From the IMG/VR virus record IMGVR_UViG_3300023222_000219, positions 1 through 54,179 of that record: a stretch of 54,179 nt of DNA, one strand, 5' to 3'. Every line of letters starts with the position of its first letter. Position 1 is the first letter of the stretch. The translations under genes were made by a program, and so were the position numbers. This document shows, one piece after another, positions 18,292 to 26,179 of this stretch. The notes under the pieces are model-generated. The model had not been told where the DNA came from. It did not search any database and was given only the letters and a program-made list of their open reading frames with translations. The stretch is from a virus. Lineage: Duplodnaviria > Caudoviricetes.

Positions 18292-18606
18292 GTGAGTGAC
18301 CGTAGATTTGATAGCTGGGATTTAAACCCGACAATTAACAACAGCCAGGATGCAGGATCAGGCTTCTCAATTATGGGTGGTGCAACATCAGATCTAATTA
18401 CAGGAGAAGACCCAGAGACTCCAAGTAATGACCAATTGTCTGGCATGATTAGTATACGAAATATATACCTTATCGCCAAAAGCCCAACACAAAAGGACCC
18501 CACAAAATGGGTCAAGATGAGGAAGGGTGTAGAAACTGCCATTATTTCTGGGGCAGAAGTTGCAGAAGATATGAAGAAATTGGCAGAGGAAAAGTCTAAT
18601 GAGTGA
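18292..18606 (+). CDS. Chimeric small ORF carrying a fragment of the LamG-like head gene
   Basis: SQDAGSGFSIMGGATSDLITGEDPETPSNDQL nearly identical to part of 31845-32591. Confidence 0.55.
   Translation: MSDRRFDSWDLNPTINNSQDAGSGFSIMGGATSDLITGEDPETPSNDQLSGMISIRNIYLIAKSPTQKDPTKWVKMRKGVETAIISGAEVAEDMKKLAEEKSNE
18341..18443 (+). repeat. 103-bp dispersed repeat, copy 1
   Basis: 92/103 identical to 32356-32458 by manual alignment. Confidence 0.9.
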
Positions 18607-18796
18607 AGAATTGAAAACAGTTAAGAGATTAACCTTAACAACTGATTACAGTAAATGCAAATGCGGAAAGTATTATATCCACTATGTACCGACTTCTGGC
18701 ATATTTGGGTATGTTTTTAATCCAGATTATTGTAGTCCAAAATGTAAAGAAAAAGACATGGATTATCTTAACGACTTAGGCGGAACTTGTGGATAA
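18599..18796 (+). CDS. Small Cys-rich protein
   Basis: KCKCGK ... YCSPKC. Confidence 0.55.
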   Translation: MSEELKTVKRLTLTTDYSKCKCGKYYIHYVPTSGIFGYVFNPDYCSPKCKEKDMDYLNDLGGTCG

Positions 18797-18992
18797 ACAC
18801 AAACTATTGAAACCATGTCCTTTTTGTGGTGACTTAGCATGGCTAAACCAACAGTCCACCCTACGTCATTGTGTGGCCCTTATTGCTTTGGTGAAGCCGA
18901 AACGGTTAACGGCAATTGGTAACCCACAACACAACCCAAATAAATCCCAAACTAGAAATAGGAGTAAAAATGAAATTCGCAGTGAGAAATAG
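18789..18992 (+). pseudogene. Lar-like (restriction alleviation) N-terminal remnant
   Basis: LKPCPFCG start, then loses the second CxxC and WN motif. Confidence 0.4.
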
Positions 18993-19758
18993 CTACACAA
19001 ATAACATTCAATTCACAGCAGAGATTGACTGTGATGTGAGTAAAAGTTTTTTTTTTAAATTAGGCCTTGCTGCTAAGTGGGCGCTTAAATTTAGGGCATA
19101 TCTCAAAGGGGCAAATCTCGAAGGGGCATATCTCAAAGGGGCAAATCTCGAAGGGGCAAATCTCGAAGGGGCATATCTCAAAGGGGCATATCTCAAAGGG
19201 GCAAATCTCGAAGGGGCAAATCTCAAATGGGCATATCTCAAAGGGGCAAATCTCGAAGGGGCAAATCTCAAAGGGGCAAATCTCGAAGGGGCAAATCTCG
19301 AAGGGGCAAATCTCGAAGGGGCAAATCTCGAAGGGGCATATCTCGAAGGGGCAAATCTCGAAGGGGCAAATCTCAAAGGGGCATATCTCGAAGGGGCAAA
19401 TCTCAAATGGGCAAATCTCGAAGGGGCAGATCTCGAAGGGGCAAATCTCAAAGGGGCAGATCTCAATGTCCCATTCATTAAAGATATTAATAAAAAAGTT
19501 TATGAAGTAACTGATCAAGAAGGGAACTGTTTAAACATGGCGCAATGGCACTCATGTGAAACAACACATTGCCATGCTGGATGGGTGATAATTATCGCAG
19601 GAGAAGAGGGGCTTAAACTCGAAAAAAGAATAGGAACAGCAGCAGCAGCTTACGCAATTTATTGGAAGAGTGATCCTGAAATGAAAATGGTTCCTGATTT
19701 TTATTGTGACAATCAAACGGCTATGGCAGATATTAAGAAAAGGGCAGGTGTGAAATGA
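18970..19758 (+). CDS. Pentapeptide-repeat protein
   Basis: AGGAG RBS before ATG 18970; ~25 A(N/Y/D)L(E/K)(G/W) units; C-domain LNM..WH.CETTHC.AGW. Confidence 0.9.
   Translation: MKFAVRNSYTNNIQFTAEIDCDVSKSFFFKLGLAAKWALKFRAYLKGANLEGAYLKGANLEGANLEGAYLKGAYLKGANLEGANLKWAYLKGANLEGANLKGANLEGANLEGANLEGANLEGAYLEGANLEGANLKGAYLEGANLKWANLEGADLEGANLKGADLNVPFIKDINKKVYEVTDQEGNCLNMAQWHSCETTHCHAGWVIIIAGEEGLKLEKRIGTAAAAYAIYWKSDPEMKMVPDFYCDNQTAMADIKKRAGVK
19096..19466 (+). repeat. 15-bp tandem repeat, ~25 near-identical units
   Basis: GCA(A/T/G)ATCTC(G/A)AA(G/T)GG repeated. Confidence 0.95.
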
Positions 19759-19786
19759 ATAAATCCCAAGCCAGTCTAGATAGGAG

Positions 19787-19993
19787 GTGAGAGTGAGAAT
19801 TAGTTTGACTGCCGCAGAGGTTGATTACCTAAATAATATGGTGGGGTATCAGCGCATACTTCTACAAGAAAATTTAGACGGTGAGGCTGAACAAGAATAC
19901 TCTGAACCAGGGGGAGAAAGACACAAAAAAGAAGATTTGGAAAACTTTAAATTATGTATATCTATAGGTTCTAAGTTGAAACCCACAGCATGA
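19787..19993 (+). CDS. Hypothetical protein
   Basis: AGGAGG RBS. Confidence 0.5.
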   Translation: MRVRISLTAAEVDYLNNMVGYQRILLQENLDGEAEQEYSEPGGERHKKEDLENFKLCISIGSKLKPTA

Positions 19994-20475
19994 CTCACCT
20001 CGACAAGAGCGCAGAGGAAATTAACAAGCTGAGTGCTTTAATGTGTTTAGGCGAACGTTATGAAGATGAGTTTGGTCACGGTTATTATTATTTTAAAGAT
20101 AAGTATTTTTGGGAGGGGATTCACCCACACGCAGAGAGCGCCAAGAATGAGGCTTTAGAAGTTGGTCATTTCATCTGGAATCCTTGCGACCCCAACTCAA
20201 ACCAAATCCAGACTTATTTGATCCCGGCTTTGTTTGAGAAAGCACCGTATGATTATGACAATAAATTACGTATTGAACAACTACAAGATGGTTGGCACGT
20301 AGCTGTTATATTGTCTACAGATTCTATACCAACTGAGGACGACCCGTTTTCTCTGCCATGTACTATAAGAGTTTACGGTACCTGTGATGACATAACTCAA
20401 CTCAACAAAACAATAGCAGCCGCGATACTGGAAGCAGCTGAGATTATCAAAGGAGAAAATAATGGAAATAGTTAA
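19990..20475 (+). CDS. Hypothetical protein, ABA-sandwich/NinX-like
   Basis: EEINKL.A ... WNPC ... IAAAILEA. Confidence 0.5.
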   Translation: MTHLDKSAEEINKLSALMCLGERYEDEFGHGYYYFKDKYFWEGIHPHAESAKNEALEVGHFIWNPCDPNSNQIQTYLIPALFEKAPYDYDNKLRIEQLQDGWHVAVILSTDSIPTEDDPFSLPCTIRVYGTCDDITQLNKTIAAAILEAAEIIKGENNGNS

Positions 20476-20773
20476 ATTTAAAGATCAAACATGGCAGGAA
20501 ATACCCGATCACCAGAATCCAGCTATGATGAAAAACGGATTCGGAGAAACAGAAGAATGTATTATGATCTGTAAAGATAACCGTCAACGTGTAAACGCTA
20601 ATAGTTTTTTAGTTATCCATGTTCAGCCTGACACTGACATTACTCAAAAAGGTTGTTTCTGGAAATTTGAAGACGCTGAATTGTTCGCAAGTGCTTTTAA
20701 AGTGTTTTTGGTGAAATTGAATTTAGAGTTAGCCACATTAGAATCCGACGATAAATTGAAGGGGGAGGAATGA
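20462..20773 (+). CDS. Hypothetical protein
   Basis: AAGGAG RBS. Confidence 0.65.
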   Translation: MEIVKFKDQTWQEIPDHQNPAMMKNGFGETEECIMICKDNRQRVNANSFLVIHVQPDTDITQKGCFWKFEDAELFASAFKVFLVKLNLELATLESDDKLKGEE

Positions 20774-20985
20774 GTAAGTGGAGATCAATGGAATCAGCGC
20801 CGCTTGACGGTGAAATGGTGATTGGATTTGTCGGAGGTGAAGAAGTCTTATGTAGATACAACACTGAATCGAGGACGTGATCAGGGGCCGGAGGTGGAGT
20901 TCACCCTTGTCTTGGCCCAGGTTGGGAAGACGATTATAACGGATATTATATTGATGACCCTGAAAAATGGAGGCCAGATGAGTAA
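20770..20985 (+). CDS. DUF551-like protein with in-frame UGA (candidate selenoprotein/readthrough, or pseudogene)
   Basis: GGAGG RBS; MSKWRSMESAPLDG...RT*SGAGGGVHPCLGPGW...PEKWRP; UGA at 20878-20880; overlaps both neighbouring genes. Confidence 0.65.
20881..20918 (+). promoter_or_regulatory. SECIS-like hairpin directly 3' of UGA
   Basis: GGGCC/GGCCC lower stem, GGTGG/TCACC upper stem, apical loop AGT beginning 17 nt after the UGA. Confidence 0.45.
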
Positions 20986-21154
20986 CCACAACATGACCCA
21001 AAAAAATAAACCCAACAGCGAAGAAGAGAACGAGAAATACTGGGCAGACGTTATTAAAATCTGCGAAGAGAAGGGCTTGAACTATGACTGGGCCTCTGAG
21101 CGCATGGCCGCAATGGATTTATTAGATGGGGGGTATGAAATTGATAAACGCTGA
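20978..21154 (+). CDS. Hypothetical protein
   Basis: GGAGG RBS before ATG 20978. Confidence 0.5.
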   Translation: MSNHNMTQKNKPNSEEENEKYWADVIKICEEKGLNYDWASERMAAMDLLDGGYEIDKR

Positions 21155-21836
21155 AAGCGAAGAGCCGAGTCATGGTGAGATAAAAGGTGAAGAGTTAACC
21201 AAGTTTCATACTTCTAATTACAAAACCTTAAATGCACAAATTGCCTCCCTCAACAAAGAAAACAAATTTCTAACGGATGAAAACGATAAGAATGAGAATG
21301 CCTTACATGACATTTCTATATTATTTTGGGGCGACGGAACCGAAGACAGGGACAAGATAATTGAAAGGTGCGATTATCATAAAGATAAATTGGAACAAAA
21401 AAGTAAACGCCTCAACGAAGAAAATCAACGGCTACAAAGAGACAATGACACTATAACAATCGATCTAGAAAATAGAGATCATTGTCTTAATCTTGAAATG
21501 CTTAAAGAAAACAACACCTGGAAACTAAGAGTTGATGAAGCCGCTTTAATGGTGAAGAATCTTGAAGAAGAAAACCAACGGCTGAAAGCCCTACCAAAAC
21601 TAGGTGATGACACCCTCAAAGCATTTGAGAAAGGGAAGAAATGGACTGCATATATTAGAGCGCAATACCCCGCAAACAAGGGGGATCTTGAAAATCATAT
21701 TGAAATACTCACAGCGAAGATTGAGAGTCTTATAGACTTAGTAAAGCACAGCTCTATTAACGTTGGCAGTGACATGGACGGAGCTATGGAAAGGCAGTAT
21801 ATCAAAAACAAAATCTTAGAAGAATTGGAGAAATAA
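21135..21836 (+). CDS. Coiled-coil hypothetical protein
   Basis: Repeated L.EENQRL heptads. Confidence 0.65.
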   Translation: MKLINAESEEPSHGEIKGEELTKFHTSNYKTLNAQIASLNKENKFLTDENDKNENALHDISILFWGDGTEDRDKIIERCDYHKDKLEQKSKRLNEENQRLQRDNDTITIDLENRDHCLNLEMLKENNTWKLRVDEAALMVKNLEEENQRLKALPKLGDDTLKAFEKGKKWTAYIRAQYPANKGDLENHIEILTAKIESLIDLVKHSSINVGSDMDGAMERQYIKNKILEELEK

Positions 21837-22058
21837 ATGATAATTCTTGACTATACAACAGGAATCGAATTGAAAAGAGGATTTGTTTGGATCGAACAAC
21901 ATGAAAATTATGTTATTAAATGGCCGTGCTGTCATGTCGACGAATGTCCAAATGGAATTTGTGTTGGAAAGAATAAAAAATATTGTCACCCACACATGTT
22001 TGAAAAGGGAATGGAAAGTATTGAGGAATTGAAGGGAGAGATTCGAGATGAAAGATAG
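21837..22058 (+). CDS. Small Cys-rich protein
   Basis: CCHVDECPNGIC......YCHPH. Confidence 0.6.
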   Translation: MIILDYTTGIELKRGFVWIEQHENYVIKWPCCHVDECPNGICVGKNKKYCHPHMFEKGMESIEELKGEIRDER

Positions 22059-22173
22059 ATTGTATCTTTTATGGTCTAATCGTATTTGTGAATTAGATCT
22101 TGAAACATTAAAAATTATCAAAACAGAAGAATTCAAAAGGGATTCTGAGAAAGAAGAGGAAAATGACAAATAA
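22048..22173 (+). CDS. 41-aa mini-ORF resembling one repeat of 32954-33634
   Basis: GGGAG RBS; MKDRLYLLWSNRICELDLETL. Confidence 0.45.
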   Translation: MKDRLYLLWSNRICELDLETLKIIKTEEFKRDSEKEEENDK

Positions 22174-22480
22174 AACAGACAGCAAATTAAAATTACCAGA
22201 AGGATTATTCGCATGGCTGAGTGAGAACAACGGGACAATATCTTTCTATAAAGATAACAGAGGATATGAAGAAGACGTCCAAGCTGTAAGGCTTACAGCA
22301 AAGCCTAGATATGTTGAGGCGGCCATAACGGAAACGTTTGTAATCTTTAAACATGACATGGACAACATACCCTTGTTCAATAATAATATTTATAAATTCA
22401 TTATGAAAGTTCAAAAAGATCTTGTGTTTTCCAGAGATGAAGAAGAGGCGTTTATGAGGCGTAGAAAGGGTAAGGAATAA
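22163..22480 (+). CDS. Hypothetical protein
   Basis: GAGG RBS. Confidence 0.6.
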   Translation: MTNKTDSKLKLPEGLFAWLSENNGTISFYKDNRGYEEDVQAVRLTAKPRYVEAAITETFVIFKHDMDNIPLFNNNIYKFIMKVQKDLVFSRDEEEAFMRRRKGKE

Positions 22481-22488
22481 TATGACAT

Positions 22489-22575
22489 GGGGAGGTAACT
22501 CAGTGGCAGAGTACCATCATGAACGGCCGTTCTTTAGAATGGAAGTCGCAGGTTCGAGTCCTGCCCTCCCCTCCA
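22489..22575 (+). tRNA. tRNA-like element with expanded anticodon arm (identity undetermined)
   Basis: Acceptor GGGGAGG/CCTCCCC + T-CCA; D arm ACTC-AGTGGCA-GAGT; T arm GCAGG-TTCGAGT-CCTGC; anticodon arm 29 nt instead of 17. Confidence 0.75.
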
Positions 22576-22590
22576 TTTTGAAAGGATTTT

Positions 22591-23235
22591 ATGGGTAAAA
22601 TATATAGTCACTCTAAAGATATAGAAGTAGACGGCGTCATTCTTCGCGAGTGTAATTATTGCAAAAAATCGTTAAAATTAGAAAGTTTCCCTAAAAATAA
22701 AGTCTGTACCCTTGGAAGGGAGAGCGCTTGTAGGAGTTGCAGAAAAGAAAGAATGCCGGAATCGGTAAGGGAACGGATAAAGAAAAACAAGAGGAAAGAC
22801 AGTAAAAAAAAATACCATGAAGACATTGAAAAGTCTAGAGAAAATTCACGTGCAATATACAAATCAGGAAATTGGCCAAGTAAAGGGAAAATGGCTTCGA
22901 GACATTCAAATAGAAGCCTCAGAGATTATCATATTAAATACAAAAAAAAATATGAAGAGTCCGAAAAATCAAAATTAAAGCACCTTAAAAGAACAGAAGA
23001 ATGGCGAATTAAGAACAAAAAAAGAATTCTTGCACATGCTCAAGTTTACAATATGATTCGTGCTGGCAGAATAAAAAAGCCTTTTAAATGTCCTATTTGC
23101 AATAAAAAAACTAATAGTCGGAAAATGTATTTAAGGCTAGATGACAATCTTGATTATAAAAATCCTCATTGGCTCTGTTCTTTTTGTTCGGGCACTCAGA
23201 CAATAAATGACAACATTAAAAAGGGATTAGTTTGA
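22591..23235 (+). CDS. Basic Zn-binding protein, HNH-like endonuclease family (degenerate)
   Basis: CNYC..CRSC N-domain; AH..V...IRAGRIKKP..CPIC...DY.NP.WLCSFC; canonical His residues not evident. Confidence 0.6.
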   Translation: MGKIYSHSKDIEVDGVILRECNYCKKSLKLESFPKNKVCTLGRESACRSCRKERMPESVRERIKKNKRKDSKKKYHEDIEKSRENSRAIYKSGNWPSKGKMASRHSNRSLRDYHIKYKKKYEESEKSKLKHLKRTEEWRIKNKKRILAHAQVYNMIRAGRIKKPFKCPICNKKTNSRKMYLRLDDNLDYKNPHWLCSFCSGTQTINDNIKKGLV

Positions 23236-23769
23236 CAGTATCAAGCCTAGCCACCATCACCATTTACAATACTGAGATTTATGAATATTAAAGAGATTCG
23301 GCCTTGCACCGTCCCGCCAGTCCCTTGACTACTGGTAAGCAATTTCAGCGCATAACCTACAACTACGCTGAGTGATTGGCTGCGACCAGACGTTTCCGCC
23401 ATACACATTTTCAAGGTGTTGGATCCTGCACGATCAGATTTGTTCCAACTTATTAACCGGCTTACCTATCAATATGTCCCTTAGCATAACCATTGTGGGG
23501 GCCACGATATTTAAATATGTTATCAGAAAATTAGAAATGAAAGAAAGAGACAGCGACCGGACTCGAAACCGGCTATACCCCACTTAAAGCGGCTTGGAAG
23601 AAAAACGAGGTAGAATGGTGCGAATTGGCAGCAAAAGAAAAGGACGGATTTAGGTTTGCAAGAGCAAATAACAATGGTTACACGTCCGAATGTATATGTG
23701 TCCCTACTGCAAAATTAATACGGGCCATGAATCTTGCTATGATGATTAAGTTATGAGAGAGGGGAAATT

Positions 23770-24384
23770 ATGCTTTTAACATGGTCAGGTGGTTGCGATT
23801 CCACTTATTTACTCAATTATTTATGTCAATATGCCACAAAGGATAGTCCAGTCAGGACAATATCTATAAATCACCCGCAAATTGCGGCTTATGACATGCA
23901 AGTCATGGCAAGGCAAAGGATTCTCGAAGAACTCATTGATAACAGGCATTATCATATTGATCACACGGAAGTCGAGATTATTAATAATGGTCCGGCTTCA
24001 TGTGTTTCGGGGACAGGCTCGAATCAGGCAGCTATTTGGGTGTCAATGGCTTTATTGTATTTGAATGAGGGAGAGGATTTGTATTTAGGATTCATCAAAA
24101 AAGATGATATTTGGCATTCATGGCCTCATATGAAGACCATGTTTGAAGAAGGTTTAAAGCTGATGGGCAAGACTGGTAAGCTCAATTTGCACACAGAACA
24201 CCTTACAAAATGGGAGATTCTTAAAGGTCTTAAGGAAGATAAATTGTTGGATATGACTTGGCATTGTGAAGACGATTCATTGACGCCTTGTGGCCGGTGC
24301 ATTTCGTGTGAAACTCATCAAGTGGCTCTATATCAGCTCGATAAGTTCCATTCAAATCAAAATCTAACTGTAAAAGAGGTTTAA
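23770..24384 (+). CDS. queC: QueC-like (7-cyano-7-deazaguanine synthase family) protein
   Basis: WSGGCDST PP-loop; TWHCE....PCGRCISC zinc motif. Confidence 0.8.
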   Translation: MLLTWSGGCDSTYLLNYLCQYATKDSPVRTISINHPQIAAYDMQVMARQRILEELIDNRHYHIDHTEVEIINNGPASCVSGTGSNQAAIWVSMALLYLNEGEDLYLGFIKKDDIWHSWPHMKTMFEEGLKLMGKTGKLNLHTEHLTKWEILKGLKEDKLLDMTWHCEDDSLTPCGRCISCETHQVALYQLDKFHSNQNLTVKEV

Positions 24385-24385
24385 A

Positions 24386-24763
24386 ATGAAAGAAATCACA
24401 CTTACTGAAGGCAAAACCAAAAGCTTGGTTAAAGATATGAATAGGGCCGGGTTGAAAAGGACAGAGCCAATTCTTACGCTGCGTCCATCAGTCTTTCAGA
24501 AGCCAATCAAAGATATGAATAGGCAAAACGGTAGAATAAATATCGGAAAATGCAATGAGTGTGGAGAGCTGCCAACTTTAGAAGGCCATGATTTTTGTTT
24601 AGGTGAACTTCCAGGGTTAATGAACGCTTGTTGTGGTCATGGAGATAAAGAATCGGCATATGTCCAGTTTTTAGACACTTCCTGTATTCGAGGAAAATCA
24701 GCCTGTGTGATCATAGAAGAATTGAAAAAAGGTGCGATCAAACCTTGTGAAACTTGGGATTAG
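24386..24763 (+). CDS. Conserved phage protein (GHD.CLG.LPG..NACCGHG)
   Basis: CNECG..PT.EGHDFCLGELPGLMNACCGHG. Confidence 0.7.
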   Translation: MKEITLTEGKTKSLVKDMNRAGLKRTEPILTLRPSVFQKPIKDMNRQNGRINIGKCNECGELPTLEGHDFCLGELPGLMNACCGHGDKESAYVQFLDTSCIRGKSACVIIEELKKGAIKPCETWD

Positions 24764-24787
24764 AAGGAAGTTAAAAGAAATTATTAA

Positions 24788-24919
24788 TCAAATAAATTCA
24801 ATCAAGCCAGAATTATCCACAAAGGCAATTGTCTTGCCCGATTTTGTTTCAAGCCAGCCTTGCCATTTGAAGCCCTTATTTTTTTCTATAGTGCCTTTTG
24901 AATATCTTTTAAATCTCAT
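24788..24919 (-). CDS. 43-aa minus-strand protein (not in ORF track)
   Basis: AAAGGAG RBS and TACAAT upstream; MRFKRYSKGTIEKNKGFKWQGWLETKSGKTIAFVDNSGLIEFI. Confidence 0.6.
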   Translation of the reverse strand: MRFKRYSKGTIEKNKGFKWQGWLETKSGKTIAFVDNSGLIEFI

Positions 24920-25258
24920 TCGAACTCCTTTACTAGATATATCATTGTACACAATGTCACGCTGTTACGTATTATCATAATGGCTTGCTTAAAACCTACA
25001 AACTAGGTAATAAACACATATCGCCCTAACTCCTTGAAATGAAAAGCTTTAAAGAAAAAGGGAACAATCTGTTCACCAAACGACTTATAAAAATGTATAA
25101 ATAGTTATAAAGCCTTAAGAATCAACGACTTACAACAATAAACACCCCCTAAATGTCAAATGTAATCGTTTGCTCACATTAAAGAAAAAACGTAGTCTCG
25201 GGACGGCGGAGGCATTATTACTTCCCCTAGTCAAGTCACTCTTAATGAAAGGTTTTGT

Positions 25259-25564
25259 ATGGCGTATCCATATGTTAATTACAAGAAAACAATAAATCGT
25301 GGAATGTCTAGATTTAACACGCATAGCACGATTATCTTGGATCATTTCACATTGGTTGCTGAATCTGACAGTTGTTTCACATTTATGTTTAGAAATTGCA
25401 TTGACCTCCATGACATACCTAAATCTAGGATAGCCGACAAAAGATTCGCCCCCAACGAAACACCACCAAAAGAAGGTTATGATCTCGTCATTGCTCATTG
25501 GTTCTTTCATAAGTGCTTGAAAAAAGTCATGACTAGAAAGAAAATGTCAGGGTTTCGATTCTAA
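25259..25564 (+). CDS. Hypothetical protein
   Basis: AAAGG RBS, isolated in an otherwise non-coding region. Confidence 0.5.
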   Translation: MAYPYVNYKKTINRGMSRFNTHSTIILDHFTLVAESDSCFTFMFRNCIDLHDIPKSRIADKRFAPNETPPKEGYDLVIAHWFFHKCLKKVMTRKKMSGFRF

Positions 25565-25685
25565 ATATCCATACATTGTCCTCTGCAAAGCTCTGCAAGA
25601 TTAAACGTTGCAACTTTGCAGCCGATCGTAACCCCTTGATATCAAACAACTTAGCTCTGCAAAGTTAAAGATTGCACGATTGCAG

Positions 25686-25756
25686 CTTACTGAATACTTA
25701 CTGAACATTTACTGAATACTTACTGAACATTTACTGAATACTTACTTAATGCTTAC
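25686..25756 (+). repeat. 11-bp tandem repeat, 6.5 copies
   Basis: (C/T)TTACTGAA(T/C)A units in non-coding DNA. Confidence 0.9.
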
Positions 25757-26179
25757 GATAGTTCATGAGAGTTCGAATGCTTATTATATAAGCTTAATCA
25801 ATGGTTGATAGTTCGTGAGAGTTTATGAGAGTTCAACGCTACAAATTATTTATTCACGAATACCTCTTAGTGAACATCATATTCAATCTATCATTTGCTT
25901 AATAATTACCATGTGTCACACGTCAATGAGTGGTAGTTTTATAGTATTTAAAAGCTGTATCGTTGTTTCTGTGCTTAAATGAGGATTCATGGTCAATAGA
26001 TCTATAAGTTCTCTTTACCTTTGAGAATATTATCTGGTATAAAAGTTATAGATTGAAGAGGCGTATGATAATCACTAGGGGCAATGCCATCACAGACCAT
26101 TTAAAACACCATACATCAGACTTATATTTTCCCTTATTAGTCCTTAAAGCTTTGATTCTATTCATTAAAGCTTGATTAC

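Noticed and set aside
19008-19518. Alternative-frame and antisense ORFs (RFAPS, ICPFE, KGQIS, GKSRR)
   Set aside because: By-products of the stop-free 15-bp repeat
20878-20880. Genome-wide UGA reassignment (code 4/25)
   Set aside because: Many genes end in TGA with ATGA overlaps, and long genes have no internal TGA
20822-20977. N-terminal part of ORF-track call 20822-21154
   Set aside because: No RBS; overlaps the better-supported DUF551-like frame; RBS supports ATG 20978
22489-22575. tRNA-Sec or suppressor tRNA
   Set aside because: TCA and TTA triplets occur in the arm but not in a canonical loop; the acceptor is 7 bp and the variable loop short, unlike SelC
25084-25111. dif-like 11-6-11 site
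   Set aside because: Contains AATGTATA but the arms match only 8/11 in AT-rich DNA and lack the XerD arm TTATGTTAAAT
25686-25756. CRISPR array
   Set aside because: Contiguous 11-mers with no spacers; no cas operon
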